This document shows positions 46,326 to 57,462 of a stretch of 64,000 bases of DNA, piece after piece; position 1 is the stretch's first letter, and each line of letters begins with the position of its first letter. The notes beneath the pieces are model-generated. The model worked only from the letters and a program-made list of their open reading frames with translations. It did no database searches and was not told the origin of the DNA. The translations under genes and the position numbers were made by a program. Source of the stretch: an uncultured Planctomycetales bacterium (GTDB taxonomy: Bacteria; Omnitrophota; Gorgyraeia; Gygaellales; Profunditerraquicolaceae); contig CAYRUB010000001.1 in assembly GCA_964427405.1 (NCBI GenBank), positions 157,884 to 221,883 on the forward strand. Direction: 5' to 3'.

Positions 46326-48111
46326 ATTTTTTTAATCTTTCTATTAACCCTTCATATTCATCCCAAAGCTCTTTAGGCAGGTCTTTATTAAAATCTCCGA
46401 AAAATTTATTTACCCCTTTTAATTCTTCCAGCCACTCAGTTTTCTCAACCTTGAGCAGCTTTTCTAATGCCCCGGGAGAAAGATTCAACCCGGTCATATC
46501 AATATCAAAAGGATACGGCAGGTAGCCAATGGGAGTTTCCATGGCATTTACTTTATTATTGCAACGGTCTAATATCCACTCCAGTATCCTTAAATTCTCG
46601 CAGAAACCCGGCCAAATAAATTTACCATGCTCATCCTTTTTAAACCAGTTCACATGAAAAATCTTCGGCGGCTTAACCATAAGTTTGCCCATATTTAACC
46701 AGTGTCTGAAATAATCCGCCATGTTATAACCGCAGAATGGCAGCATAGCCATAGGATCCCGGCGCACATGGCCAATTTTCCCCACCTGAGCGGCAGTCAA
46801 TTCTGAACCCATAGTCGCCCCTACAAATACCCCATGCTGCCAATTAAATGATTGATAAACCAGTGGAGCTACATGTTGACGCCTGCCGCCGAAAATAATC
46901 GCTGAAATCGGCACCCCGTGGTGTTGTTCCAGTCTAAATGAAGCTGAAGGGCAATTCATGATCGGCGCAGTAAAACGCGCGTTTGCCTGCGCGCCTTTTA
47001 TTATATTGCCTTCTGCGTCCTTCATATTCGGCTTCCAGGGATTACCTTTCCAATCTATACCCTGGCCGGGAACCTCTCCGTCAGCACCCTCCCACCAAAC
47101 TGTATTATCCGGCTTCAAAAGCACATTAGTATAAATAGTATTGCTCTTTATTGTCTCCACCATATTCGGGTTAGCTTTAGAGTTTGTCCCGGGGGCAACC
47201 CCAAAAAATCCTGTCTCAGGATTTACCGCCCAAAGCGAACCATCAGAATCAACACGCATCCAGGCAATATCATCTCCTAACGTCCAGATACGGTAACCTT
47301 TCTGTTTAAGCCCTTCAGGGGGGACCATCATCGCCAGATTTGTCTTACCGCAAGCGCTGGGAAAAGCCGCGGCGATATACTCAACATGGCCATTAGGCTC
47401 TTCAATACCCATAATCAACATATGCTCTGCCATCCATTTTTCTTTTCTGGCGACATAACTGGCAATACGCAGAGAAAGGCATTTTTTACCCAAAAGCACA
47501 TTACCGCCGTAACCGGAACCAACGCTCCAGATAGTGTTATCTTCAGGAAAATGCAAAATCAATCTTTTGTTAATATCTAATTGGGCTTTTGAATGCAGGC
47601 ACCTGGTAAAATCATCATCTTTTTCCAACTGCTTTAAGACCGCATCGCCGCAACGGGCCATAATCAACATGTTCAGCACAACATACCGGGAATCAGTTAT
47701 CTCTACCCCGATTTTACTAAAAGGTGAACCTACCGGCCCCATAGAAAACGGAATTACATACATAGTTCTATCCGTCATAGATCCTTTAAATATAGACTTT
47801 GCTTTCTGATATGCCTTGGCCGGAGGCATCCAGTTATTATTCGGACCCGCATCTTGTTTTTTCTTAGTACAAATAAAAGTTAAATGTTCCGTACGCGAGA
47901 CATCATCATGGGCAGTGCGGTGCAGGAAACAACCCGGTAATTTTTCCTTATTTAAACGCAGCAAATCACCTGAAGCGACAGATTCTTTCTCAAGGGTTAA
48001 TCTTTGTTCATCAGAACCATCAACCCAAACTATATTCTTAGGGCAACAAAGCTTGTTTACTTTATTCACCCAATCAACCAGCTTCTTATTAGTTGTAGGA
48101 AAATTTTCCAT
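46315..48111 (-). CDS. pckG: phosphoenolpyruvate carboxykinase (GTP)
   Basis: 598 aa. [14 protein letters not shown] kinase-1a motif of GTP-PEPCK. Confidence 0.9.
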   Translation of the reverse strand: MENFPTTNKKLVDWVNKVNKLCCPKNIVWVDGSDEQRLTLEKESVASGDLLRLNKEKLPGCFLHRTAHDDVSRTEHLTFICTKKKQDAGPNNNWMPPAKAYQKAKSIFKGSMTDRTMYVIPFSMGPVGSPFSKIGVEITDSRYVVLNMLIMARCGDAVLKQLEKDDDFTRCLHSKAQLDINKRLILHFPEDNTIWSVGSGYGGNVLLGKKCLSLRIASYVARKEKWMAEHMLIMGIEEPNGHVEYIAAAFPSACGKTNLAMMVPPEGLKQKGYRIWTLGDDIAWMRVDSDGSLWAVNPETGFFGVAPGTNSKANPNMVETIKSNTIYTNVLLKPDNTVWWEGADGEVPGQGIDWKGNPWKPNMKDAEGNIIKGAQANARFTAPIMNCPSASFRLEQHHGVPISAIIFGGRRQHVAPLVYQSFNWQHGVFVGATMGSELTAAQVGKIGHVRRDPMAMLPFCGYNMADYFRHWLNMGKLMVKPPKIFHVNWFKKDEHGKFIWPGFCENLRILEWILDRCNNKVNAMETPIGYLPYPFDIDMTGLNLSPGALEKLLKVEKTEWLEELKGVNKFFGDFNKDLPKELWDEYEGLIERLKKYGK

Positions 48112-49023
48112 CTAGTTACTCCTATTCGCGATAAATTTATATGCAGAATCAGCTGCCACTGCCCCATCCCCACAGGCATTTATCACCTGATATAAACTTT
48201 TCTTACGGCAATCGCCACAGGCAAATATACCTTCAACTGAAGTTGCCATGGAATCATCCGAGATAATAAAACCTGCCTCATCCACCTGCAATTTGCCTTT
48301 TAAAAACAACGTCTCGGGTTCATAACCGATATAAATAAAAACGCCATCACAGCAAAAATCACTTTCTTGCCCAGTCAATAAATCCTTTATTTTCACCGCC
48401 TCAACTTTTTTAGTCCCCTTAACCTCGGTAACCAGACTGCTCAAAATAAAGCTGATCTTCTTATCCTGCTGCATCTTTTCCTGTAATATTGCCGAAGCAC
48501 GCAGGTCCTGGCGGCGATGAATTATATTTACCGAGCTGGCAAAACGACTAAGGTATATGGCCTCTTCGGCGACCGCATTCCCGCCACCCACAAGCACCAC
48601 TTTTTTCCCTTTATAAAAAGGCGCATCGCAAGTAGCGCAATAAGAAACGCCGCGGCCAGTATACTCCTTTTCTCCGGGTACATTTAATTTTCGCGGATGC
48701 GCACCGCTGGCAATGATAACCGCCTGAGCCGCAAATGTTGCGCTTGAGGTTGTGATTATCTTCTTTGCACAATCTAAATCCAATACTTCATCGCTTTGGA
48801 TCTTTACGTCTAACTCTCTAACCTGCTGCTCCATGCGGCCGATCAACTCAACAGTAGAGACCCCGCCAGGAAAACCCGGATAATTTTCAATGCTCTCGCT
48901 CATCAAAATTCTGCCGCCAGGAACCATTTTTTCAATTAAGATCGTATCCAACCGGCTGCGTCCGGCATATAGCGCGGCAGTAAGCCCTGCGGGACCAGCC
49001 CCAATAATAATTAAATCATGCAT
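48112..49023 (-). CDS. trxB: thioredoxin-disulfide reductase
   Basis: IIGAGPAG FAD motif, CATCD redox-active site. Confidence 0.9.
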   Translation of the reverse strand: MHDLIIIGAGPAGLTAALYAGRSRLDTILIEKMVPGGRILMSESIENYPGFPGGVSTVELIGRMEQQVRELDVKIQSDEVLDLDCAKKIITTSSATFAAQAVIIASGAHPRKLNVPGEKEYTGRGVSYCATCDAPFYKGKKVVLVGGGNAVAEEAIYLSRFASSVNIIHRRQDLRASAILQEKMQQDKKISFILSSLVTEVKGTKKVEAVKIKDLLTGQESDFCCDGVFIYIGYEPETLFLKGKLQVDEAGFIISDDSMATSVEGIFACGDCRKKSLYQVINACGDGAVAADSAYKFIANRSN

Positions 49024-49044
49024 TATTCAATAACCTCACTAAAG

Positions 49045-49557
49045 CTACAATTTGCGGGTCTTAGCGTCCTTCTTTAATGCCTTCAATTTCCTTCTAATTT
49101 TTAATTTCTGCAAAAAAGATGCGTAATCAACTATAAGTTTGCCTTCCAGATGATCAATTTCATGTTGTAAAACACAAGCAAAGAGATCCTTGGCTTCTAT
49201 TCTTACCGGCCGGCTATTTTCATCAAGCGCCTCGATCCAAACCTGTTTTGAGCGCTTGACCTTAACACATGCTCCCGGTACGCTAAGACAACCCTCCTGT
49301 ATAGCCTGGCTGCCCTGCCGCTTAACAATTTTAGGATTAACTAATTTATAAAGCCCCTCCCCGATATCTACCACAATTAACTGCACGCTCATACCAACTT
49401 GCGGAGCAGCCAACCCAATCCCGGAATGCTCATACATGGACTCTGCCATTAAACTTAAGGTTTTTCGGTGTTCAGCAGAGATCTCTTTGACTGGTTTTGC
49501 CTTTTTCCTTAATACAGAATCACCGAATATGTTAATCTTTAATCTGGTTTCTGGCAT
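49045..49557 (-). CDS. def: peptide deformylase
   Basis: [18 protein letters not shown] and QHEIDHLEG motifs. Confidence 0.9.
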   Translation of the reverse strand: MPETRLKINIFGDSVLRKKAKPVKEISAEHRKTLSLMAESMYEHSGIGLAAPQVGMSVQLIVVDIGEGLYKLVNPKIVKRQGSQAIQEGCLSVPGACVKVKRSKQVWIEALDENSRPVRIEAKDLFACVLQHEIDHLEGKLIVDYASFLQKLKIRRKLKALKKDAKTRKL

Positions 49558-49882
49558 TAACTTTTATCACTTTCGGTTTAATTTTCTTTGTTAGTCCATC
49601 CTCAAGCAATACATACGAAACAATGATAACCTGATCACCCGGACAAGCTCCCCTGGCAGCCGCGCCATTCAAACAGACCACGCCGCTTCCGGATTTACCT
49701 TTAATCACATATGTCTCAATACGCTGTCCGCTGCTAAGATTAAGCACCTCTACCTTTTCATACTCCAGCATATCCGCTGCCCGGATTAGATCCGCATCAA
49801 TAGTAATACTGCCTTCATAGTAAAGATTGGCTTCAGTCACCGTTGCCCTGTGAATCTTGGATTTCAACATAGTTCTTAACAT
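49532..49882 (-). CDS. panD: aspartate 1-decarboxylase
   Basis: [29 protein letters not shown]. Confidence 0.85.
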   Translation of the reverse strand: MLRTMLKSKIHRATVTEANLYYEGSITIDADLIRAADMLEYEKVEVLNLSSGQRIETYVIKGKSGSGVVCLNGAAARGACPGDQVIIVSYVLLEDGLTKKIKPKVIKVNARNQIKD

Positions 49883-49971
49883 TTTATTTTCTCCTTACCC
49901 ACAAAGGGTACACCGGCCACTTGCGCTACCTAGCGCACACCGACGCAATACATATTGGCGTCGGGTGCCCT

Positions 49972-51036
49972 CTAAAGCCGGGTGTTAATCAACTTATACG
50001 TCTGGCGAGCAATCATCAACTCTTCATTTGTAGGGATTACCATAATCTTTGGTTTCTTACCCAAACAACTAAATAATCCCCGGCAAATATTATTTCTGAT
50101 ACTCGGCTGATTCTCCCCTATCCCTGCGGTAAATATCAAAGCATCCAATCCGCCCAAAACTGATAAATAAGCGCCGATGTATTTCCTGACACGGTAAACG
50201 AATATATCTATAGCAAGCCTGGCGCGCTTATTCCCTGCGTTAGCCTTTATTTCAAGGACACGCATATCATTACTAATCCCGGATATCCCTTTTAATCCGC
50301 TTTCTTTATTTAAAATACGCTCCATATCCTGAGCATCTATTTTTTTCTTACGCATGATATGCGTAACCAACGCAGGGTCAACATCCCCGCAGCGCGTACC
50401 CATAACTAAACCCTCTAAGGGCGTAAACCCCATACTTGTGTCCAAAGATTTACCCTTATCAATCGCAGTAATACTACAGCCATTACCTAAATGACAGCTA
50501 ATTAATTTTAATTTATTGAGTGGCTTCTTGAGTATCCGGCTGGCTTCCGCAGCAACATACTCGTGGCTGGTACCATGAAAACCATATTTTCTTACCTTAA
50601 GCTTCTGGTAATAATCATACGGCAGGCCATATATATAAGCATGAACCGGAATACTCTGATGAAACGCCGTATCAAAAACCGCAACCTGCCTTACTCCTGG
50701 TAAAAGTTTTTTGCAGGCAAGTATCCCGGATAAATTCGCCGGATTGTGCAAAGGAGCAATGGCGCAGCACTCCTTAATCCCGTTTATTACCTTCTGGTTA
50801 ACGACCGCCGGTTTCTTAAACTTTTCCGCGCCATGCACTACACGGTGGCCTACGGCCTCAACAGAATCAAATTTCTCCAGTATGGTCTTTAAACCAGAAT
50901 AATGGTTGGCAAATTTAGAGCCTTTCTCTCCTATATGTTCAAGCGCGCCTTTTAAAATCAAGCGCTCTCCGGGCATATCAAAAAGTTTATATTTAATTGA
51001 TGAGCTTCCGCTGTTAATTATTAATATCTTCATCAT
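49972..51036 (-). CDS. acetate/butyrate kinase family protein
   Basis: ILIINSGSSSIKYKLF N-terminal ASKHA motif. 354 aa, a length more typical of butyrate kinase. Confidence 0.75.
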   Translation of the reverse strand: MMKILIINSGSSSIKYKLFDMPGERLILKGALEHIGEKGSKFANHYSGLKTILEKFDSVEAVGHRVVHGAEKFKKPAVVNQKVINGIKECCAIAPLHNPANLSGILACKKLLPGVRQVAVFDTAFHQSIPVHAYIYGLPYDYYQKLKVRKYGFHGTSHEYVAAEASRILKKPLNKLKLISCHLGNGCSITAIDKGKSLDTSMGFTPLEGLVMGTRCGDVDPALVTHIMRKKKIDAQDMERILNKESGLKGISGISNDMRVLEIKANAGNKRARLAIDIFVYRVRKYIGAYLSVLGGLDALIFTAGIGENQPSIRNNICRGLFSCLGKKPKIMVIPTNEELMIARQTYKLINTRL

Positions 51037-51965
51037 TGGGCCCTTATTGCCGAAACTGCCACGCTATCTACGATATCCTGCGCGAAACAACCCCGGGATA
51101 AATCACTTGCCGGTTTATTGAGTCCTAAAAACAACGGGCCGATAGCACGGCAACCGCTGAGCCGCTGTGAAAGCTTATAACTAATATTTCCCGCCTCAAG
51201 GTTAGGAAAAATAAGCACATTGGCTTTTCCTTTTATCGGGCTATCCGGGCATTTTATTTTAGCTACCTCTGGGACAATTGCAGCATCCGCCTGCAATTCT
51301 CCATCAGCTAAGATCCCGGGCGATTGCGCTTTAAGCAAGGCCAGGGCCTCGGCTATTTTTTCCGCAGATTTTGTTTTGGCTGAACCTTTGGTAGAATAAC
51401 TTAAAAAAGCTATACGCGGAGTAATATCCAATACTTTACCCGCTAATTCCGCAGCAGTTAAGGCAATACAGGATAGCTGACGGGCGTTGGGATCGGGGAT
51501 AACCCCGCAATCCGCATAAATAAACGTACCATTATCTCCATACTGATTACCCGGAAGATCCATAATGAAACAGCTTGAGGCAATAGTAAAACGCTCATCT
51601 AAACCTATGCAGCGTATGCAGGCGCGGGTTACATCCGCGGTAGTATGCATCGCCCCCGCAACCAAGCCATCGGCCTTACCCTGGCGGGTCATCATCGCCG
51701 CATAATAAAGATTATCCGAAAAGAGCTTTTTTACTGTATCCAGGCTAATATCTTTAGATTGATATAATTTATAATACTCCTCTATATAGCCGTCCAATTG
51801 GTTTTTATCAATCATCTCAGGAGTTAAAACCAGCGGTTTGGCAATTTTTTCCTGCTCGACAATATGAGCAGCCTCCAGCGTCCTTTTATCTTCATATTCC
51901 GGAAGGACAATTGTCATAAGTTTTCTTTTTTTAGCCAGGTTCCGAATCCGATTAATTGCATCCAT
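51033..51965 (-). CDS. phosphate acetyl/butyryltransferase
   Basis: 310 aa, a Pta/Ptb family member. Coupled (4-nt overlap) to the kinase gene. Confidence 0.75.
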   Translation of the reverse strand: MDAINRIRNLAKKRKLMTIVLPEYEDKRTLEAAHIVEQEKIAKPLVLTPEMIDKNQLDGYIEEYYKLYQSKDISLDTVKKLFSDNLYYAAMMTRQGKADGLVAGAMHTTADVTRACIRCIGLDERFTIASSCFIMDLPGNQYGDNGTFIYADCGVIPDPNARQLSCIALTAAELAGKVLDITPRIAFLSYSTKGSAKTKSAEKIAEALALLKAQSPGILADGELQADAAIVPEVAKIKCPDSPIKGKANVLIFPNLEAGNISYKLSQRLSGCRAIGPLFLGLNKPASDLSRGCFAQDIVDSVAVSAIRAQ

Positions 51966-51966
51966 T

Positions 51967-53058
51967 TTAAATTCCTTTCAAAATTTTCTTAAAATCAACA
52001 TTTTCCTTAATTAATTTGATTACGGTATTAATTTTATCTTTATCGCACGAGCGGATCTTTACCGTCAAATCATGCAAACAAGTAGCCACATCATAAGTAT
52101 CAGACTTGGCTAGCAAAACAGGTATCTCGGCCTTGGATAAAAGGTTCATAATCGGCGGCTCCGGAGTAATCCCCCCGGTTAAAATCATCCCGCTGATTTT
52201 TAATTTATTATTACCGGCATCCCTAAAGCTGCTAAGGCCGCAGATAATCATATCTTCCCGGTCGCCGGGCGTGATCATAAGGCTATCTTCGCTGATATAG
52301 CGCGCCGCATCGCGCGCCTCCATTGCCGCGACAATCACCTTGGCGACTGAACGCTCCAGATACTCATTTCCACAAATTACCTGAAAATCCGTTTCTTCCA
52401 AAATCTGCTCAAAGGTAGGCCGTGCGAGCATGGGATTAAAAGGCAAAACACCTAAAACATCAATCCCCTTTCTTTCCAACCCCTTTCTTACCAGGCGGCT
52501 TATCTTTTCGAACTTATCAGGCAAGACTTTATTTACAATTACCCCTAGGACCTTAACTCCTTCTTTTTCAAAAAGAGCCTTGTTTAGAATAATCTCGTCA
52601 ATCGGACGGCCAACCCCGCCGGAAGAAATAATAATTACCTTTGAACCTAAGAGCCTGGCAACGGAAGCATTGGAATGGTCAAACACCGAACCAACCCCGG
52701 CATGCCCCGTGCCTTCAATTACCACTAATTCCTGATTTTTAGAAATCCTGCGGAAAGAATTCTGAATTTGACCGGAGATATTTTTTTTATCCGGTTTCAT
52801 GATATATTTTTCAGTAAAACCTTTCTCTACCGCAATCGGACTCATATCCTTGAGCCCGGATTTTATCCCGCAAACTTCTTCGATAAGGATAGAATCCTCA
52901 TCGATCTTTAAACCTTCTTCCTCGAGATAACGCTGCCCGATAGGTTTGATAAAACCTACTTTGCCGAATTTCTCCTGCAGGTTTTTGATTATTCCCAAAG
53001 AAACCGTGGTCTTGCCGTCATTTTGTTTAGTGGCGGCAATAAAGATTTTACGCATCAA
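51967..53058 (-). CDS. DRTGG + P-loop (Pta N-terminal-domain-like) protein
   Basis: KQNDGKTTVSLG P-loop-like start, 363 aa. Adjacent to the Pta/kinase genes. Confidence 0.55.
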   Translation of the reverse strand: MMRKIFIAATKQNDGKTTVSLGIIKNLQEKFGKVGFIKPIGQRYLEEEGLKIDEDSILIEEVCGIKSGLKDMSPIAVEKGFTEKYIMKPDKKNISGQIQNSFRRISKNQELVVIEGTGHAGVGSVFDHSNASVARLLGSKVIIISSGGVGRPIDEIILNKALFEKEGVKVLGVIVNKVLPDKFEKISRLVRKGLERKGIDVLGVLPFNPMLARPTFEQILEETDFQVICGNEYLERSVAKVIVAAMEARDAARYISEDSLMITPGDREDMIICGLSSFRDAGNNKLKISGMILTGGITPEPPIMNLLSKAEIPVLLAKSDTYDVATCLHDLTVKIRSCDKDKINTVIKLIKENVDFKKILKGI

Positions 53059-53375
53059 AGATTTTCTTCTATATTACGCTTTAAATCAAGCTTACTGACT
53101 GCACCATTAATCTGGTTTAAAACCTTTCCATTTTTAAAAAATATAATGGTGGGAATTGACATAATTCCATATTCAGTGGCGACTTTGGAATTAGCATCAA
53201 CATCTACCTTACCGATTTTCATCTTGCCCACATACTCCTTAGCTAATTCATCAATATGCGGGGCAATCATCTTGCATGGACCGCACCAGCTAGCCCAAAA
53301 ATCGACTAAAGTTGGCAGAGTTGACTCTAATACCTCTTTTTTGAAATTAGCATCTGTAAAATGTAGCGTACTCAT
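53055..53375 (-). CDS. trxA: thioredoxin
   Basis: WCGPCK active site. Confidence 0.85.
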   Translation of the reverse strand: MSTLHFTDANFKKEVLESTLPTLVDFWASWCGPCKMIAPHIDELAKEYVGKMKIGKVDVDANSKVATEYGIMSIPTIIFFKNGKVLNQINGAVSKLDLKRNIEENL

Positions 53376-53515
53376 AGCTGTAATCCTTCACATTAAAAGG
53401 GTTAATAAATTGGTAGGTCGTAATAAATTATCACAAACGCGGGTTAATTGCAAGAATTTTCATGAGGGCATAATTTATGGAGGCGCAAGCTGACATAAGT
53501 TATCTGCCCGAATGA

Positions 53516-53572
53516 ATACCCGCAGTTACGAACAAATTTCGAAGAAATTTGTGAGCGATTAACTGCGGGTAT
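53516..53572 (-). terminator. long stem-loop downstream of BNR gene
   Basis: 13-bp outer stem ATACCCGCAGTTA/TAACTGCGGGTAT enclosing an ACAAATTTC/GAAATTTGT inner stem. There is no strong U-tract. Confidence 0.3.
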
Positions 53573-53599
53573 ATTGCTATTAAAGAAAGGTGATTAATT

Positions 53600-55177
53600 C
53601 TATTTCCTAGACATAATCAGCTGTAACTGTTCTGAATAGTATCCGGCGGTGAAAGAATCCAGCGAAGCAGTCAGTTCTTCAAGTTTTAGCTGCTTATCAA
53701 ACCTTTTATTTCTATCTTCAATGGGCAGATTATCCAACTCAGATTTTACTCTTAAACGCTCAAAATAAAGCTTGTTTACCTCATCCAGGATGTCATCGCG
53801 CAACTCCACCATAAGCTTTGAACGCACATCAATACTAGTCTGATCATCATTCCAGATGAACTCACCTAAATCCCAACTTAAGGCTACATCCCAGTCTATA
53901 CTGTCGCGCCCCCTCCTTAATAGATCATCACCACTCTGGCCGATAGAAGTAGACCCGCTCTCCCAATGCCATAGATCAGTTGAGTTACGATCTAATCCAA
54001 TACTTACCTGAGGCAATAACGCTTTTTTTGCCGCCATCTTTCTCCATTGGGATATTTTTTCCGGATTTACTTCAGCATACTTTATCGCTGCCTCCTGAAC
54101 ATCCCTGATTTTTGGTTCATATTTAAGATACTCCTGGACTAAAACCTGACCTGAAATATTATAAGAATTTCTCCGGCTGGATTTGAATATCCCCTTTTCT
54201 CCCGCAACATAAATATCATCCTTACCGTCTAAAGAAATGTAGTTTAATTTCCCTGCGGCTAAATCAAAAGAAACTTCTACCCAGCGCTCATCTTGATAAA
54301 GAAAAACTCCTGTCTGGGTAAGGCCAAAAATCCGGGAATCAACCGATATGCATAACATTTTTACATCATGGCTCAATAAACCATATTCAGTTAACTTGCT
54401 CCAAGTTTCCCCCTGGTCCAAGCTTTTATAGACTCCTTTGGCGCTGGAAAAATACACACCATTGATATTATTGATATCGGCTTTTACAAAGCGCATATCA
54501 GATGAAGTTTCTTCTTGATTCGCTTTCTCAACATCGACAGCCTCTTCCTGGTTATCATTTTTAGCGTAACTGATAAAAACCCTCTCCCAGTTTTCCCCGC
54601 TGTCCGGAGATTTGAATATTCCGCGATTAGCAGCTAAATAAATAACTTTATCCTGCCTAGAATTAAAATCAACATTAAACACAACAGAATTACCTATTCT
54701 ACCATTCTCCCTGTGCCAACTCCGTGCGTTATCCCTGCTTATAAAAAGCCCGGCTTTTGTACCAACAAAAATAACATACGGAGTAGCCAATACAGCAGTA
54801 CATTGGTTCTCTATACTATTCTTACCCCGAAAAACCCTTTCCCAATGTTCACCTAAATCTTTACTGCGGTATAAACCATTATCGGTAGCCGCATAAATAA
54901 CGTTTTTGTTGGATGAATCAAATACCAGAACATTGATATTATTTAATCCGCCTCTTATAGCTAATACCCTGCGCCAACTTTCACCTGCATTATCACTTTT
55001 CAGTATACTCCCGGCAACTCCTGCTAAAATAATTCTACTGTCCCGCGAACTAACCATAATCACCTGCCCGTCATGATTGCCCCTGCTTATATCCTCCCAG
55101 GTAAAATCTTGCGCTAAAAGAATACCTGGCAAAATAACTAAGCATACCATTGCAAAACTTATAATTTTCTTACGCAT
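53600..55177 (-). CDS. secreted BNR/Ycf48-like beta-propeller repeat protein
   Basis: Start at MRKKIISFAM, which has a GGAGGTG RBS. Repeated S-x-D-x-G-x-x-W BNR motifs. Confidence 0.6.
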   Translation of the reverse strand: MRKKIISFAMVCLVILPGILLAQDFTWEDISRGNHDGQVIMVSSRDSRIILAGVAGSILKSDNAGESWRRVLAIRGGLNNINVLVFDSSNKNVIYAATDNGLYRSKDLGEHWERVFRGKNSIENQCTAVLATPYVIFVGTKAGLFISRDNARSWHRENGRIGNSVVFNVDFNSRQDKVIYLAANRGIFKSPDSGENWERVFISYAKNDNQEEAVDVEKANQEETSSDMRFVKADINNINGVYFSSAKGVYKSLDQGETWSKLTEYGLLSHDVKMLCISVDSRIFGLTQTGVFLYQDERWVEVSFDLAAGKLNYISLDGKDDIYVAGEKGIFKSSRRNSYNISGQVLVQEYLKYEPKIRDVQEAAIKYAEVNPEKISQWRKMAAKKALLPQVSIGLDRNSTDLWHWESGSTSIGQSGDDLLRRGRDSIDWDVALSWDLGEFIWNDDQTSIDVRSKLMVELRDDILDEVNKLYFERLRVKSELDNLPIEDRNKRFDKQLKLEELTASLDSFTAGYYSEQLQLIMSRK

Positions 55178-55223
55178 TTTACACCTCCTGCCATAATTGA
55201 CGCAGAAGGGGAAAAAATCTAAC

Positions 55224-55258
55224 AAAAAAAAGGCGCCCTTTATTCAAGGACGCCTTTT
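55224..55258 (-). terminator. intrinsic terminator
   Basis: AAAAAGGCG...CGCCTTTTTTT. Confidence 0.5.
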
Positions 55259-55283
55259 TAATTTTAGGCTTATATTCTTTTAA

Positions 55284-55706
55284 TTACCAGAGCCAGGCCC
55301 TTATCTTATCATCAGCTGCCTTCCAGGCATATTCCGGTTTCATTACCGGTTTAGTATATGAAGGAACGGGAAAAGTAGCCGTATCATAGATTGCGGTCAC
55401 GCCGCGTATAGCGCTGGTGATTACTCCATTTACTACCCCAACAGTTACTCCGGCTGCAGGATCCTGTTCATTAGAAACTTTAGCTACTTCAGCAGGAAGC
55501 TCCATCCAAAATGTAGCCAAATTGATTACCCCACGCTCTAGCTTATTAACCGGAGTATTGCTATATGAGATATCATCTCGGTCAAACTGCATAGGAGGAG
55601 AGGAAAAAGTAAAATCTTCATCAGCTCCATTATCATAGCAATATCCAATAGTTAAGCCCCCAAAGATTAATACGAGTACGCTTAGAATCAAAATCAAGTT
55701 TTTCAT
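55284..55706 (-). CDS. secreted hypothetical protein
   Basis: Signal peptide, 140 aa. Confidence 0.35.
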   Translation of the reverse strand: MKNLILILSVLVLIFGGLTIGYCYDNGADEDFTFSSPPMQFDRDDISYSNTPVNKLERGVINLATFWMELPAEVAKVSNEQDPAAGVTVGVVNGVITSAIRGVTAIYDTATFPVPSYTKPVMKPEYAWKAADDKIRAWLW

Positions 55707-55969
55707 CAGTTTCCTCCTTTTTTAATCTCTAACCTGCTTAATTGACGTGATAACTTCTCCTTAAAAGACTTAGCTGAATCTATCTTTTCCCCGGATATCC
55801 CTGCTTCCATAGCAAAATCAATCAGGCCTCGCAAGATATCGTTATAGGAAAGTTTATGGCCAGTAGAGAATAAAGCATCTTTACCTAATTTGTCAAGATA
55901 ATCCATCTCTTGCCGGCCTAACATGGTGATTACTCTATGCGTAACGACTTGCCCCCCATTACTTTGCAT
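55706..55969 (-). CDS. hypothetical protein
   Basis: 87-aa ORF, start coupled to the downstream gene. Confidence 0.3.
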   Translation of the reverse strand: MQSNGGQVVTHRVITMLGRQEMDYLDKLGKDALFSTGHKLSYNDILRGLIDFAMEAGISGEKIDSAKSFKEKLSRQLSRLEIKKGGN

Positions 55970-56182
55970 ATTTAACCACCTCCCTTATTATAAGTAGAGA
56001 ATACAAAAAATCAAGTAAAATTTTACTATTTTAGCGCCGAATACCAAATAATGGCATTCCCTCAAACAACCTCAATGCCTTGAGAAAGTTCATATGCTTT
56101 TTATGCTGCTTCTTAGCTCTGGCCAAAACTTTATGTAAAATTCTCTTCATTTCGAGCCCCCTTTCTCCGGATGGTCTATAAA

Positions 56183-56342
56183 AACAAAAAACCCTAAAAG
56201 GCATATTTTAGGGTTTTATCCCTACTTGGCAACCCCGCTTTCCTCTCTTAAGAGGATCGGAAGCTTTGCGCCCCAGCATTACTGCTAGTTAGCCTTTGTC
56301 ATTAGGTTGTGCAAAATACCAAATTGTCAAAATGTCAATTTA
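56183..56342 (-). ncRNA. candidate ~160-nt small RNA with own promoter and terminator
   Basis: Minus-strand TTGACA(56378-56373)-17-TAAATT(56355-56350). Ends at the AAAACCCTAAAA/TTTTAGGGTTTT hairpin plus T-run (56186-56222). Internal CCTCT-TAAG-AGAGG hairpin. No ORF. Confidence 0.25.
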
Positions 56343-56429
56343 CATATAGAATTTAACATATTTTTTACCATTTGTCAAGGGGGCTGGATCTATTTAATCC
56401 AACCCCCTCTTCATTTGCCTGCATTAGTC

Positions 56430-57254
56430 CTAAGTGACTGCAAACTCTTGCTTTACAGAACGCCTCCCGGCTGGTGAGGTTTGTTTTAACAAAAGTTCTT
56501 TTGCCTTTAATGCCACCTTTTTACCGGAATAAAGCATACTTCCGAATGTTGGCCCCATCCGTGGCAGGCCATAAACAGTTGAAACCGCCATCCCGCAAAC
56601 CAACAACCCCGGGTAAACCTCCCCTGTTTTCTCAACCACCGCATCTTCTGAGATATTTATATCCATCGGCCCAAAAGTTTCCATATTAAGTAACTTACGT
56701 TTTTCAAGGCTTTTACAAACCCAGGCATCATGGCCTGTAGCATCAATAACCAGCTTAGATTCCAGTGATATCGGATCTACACAAGTAATAGCCCTGGGCA
56801 ACGCTGAAACTGGAGTCCAATTAATTACCGCTCCTTCAACCTTTTTATTACGCAAAACTACATCATCAAATTTAGTCATGTTCAAGATCCTGACACCCGC
56901 ATCGCAAGACGCGGAAATCAGCTTAGAGCAGGCATTCGGGCCATCAGCAACAAACAACCCTTTCTCTACCTCTTTATAAGGAATCTTGAGTTCATCTAAA
57001 ATCTCCTGAGAAGGAGCGCGAAAGGTCAATGGATTCATTAGGTATCCGCCAATCCAAAAACCACCCCCGATATAATTATTACTTTCCACGATTAAAGTTT
57101 TATAGCCATCCCTGGCTAAATCCCCGCCCGCGATCAGGCCGCTTGGTCCGCCGCCGATAATTATTACATCAGAAACAATGTAATCCGTAAACCAGCGCGT
57201 AAATTCACCGACAATGGCTCTGGATATTTGCGCTTCACTTATCTTCTTAAACAT
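56430..57254 (-). CDS. thi4: thiazole synthase Thi4 family (sulfide-dependent ADP-thiazole synthase)
   Basis: VIIIGGGPSGL FAD motif. Family pattern throughout. Confidence 0.8.
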   Translation of the reverse strand: MFKKISEAQISRAIVGEFTRWFTDYIVSDVIIIGGGPSGLIAGGDLARDGYKTLIVESNNYIGGGFWIGGYLMNPLTFRAPSQEILDELKIPYKEVEKGLFVADGPNACSKLISASCDAGVRILNMTKFDDVVLRNKKVEGAVINWTPVSALPRAITCVDPISLESKLVIDATGHDAWVCKSLEKRKLLNMETFGPMDINISEDAVVEKTGEVYPGLLVCGMAVSTVYGLPRMGPTFGSMLYSGKKVALKAKELLLKQTSPAGRRSVKQEFAVT

Positions 57255-57364
57255 ATTTCCTCCTTCTACTTCCTCCTACCTTGCCCAAACTGATGGGCAA
57301 GTATGTTGCCCCTGCAACAAAAAAACCCTTACGCCAAATGCATAAGGGTTATAAAAACTAAATC

Positions 57365-57462
57365 GCCTCCTTCCCTCCGCTGGCATTATCCAGATCAGGT
57401 TCACAAGGGTAATCCGCTTATTACGCGGAACTCTCAGGCCGGTTAACCGACCTCCCCATAAA
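57365..57462 (-). ncRNA. TPP (THI-box) riboswitch
   Basis: Minus strand GGGGAGGTCGG...CCTGAGAG...ACCCTTGTGAACCTGATCTGGATAATGCCAGCGGAGGGAA. Followed by the AACCCTTA...TAAGGGTTTTTTT attenuator. TTGACA-17-TTTAAT promoter upstream. Confidence 0.85.
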
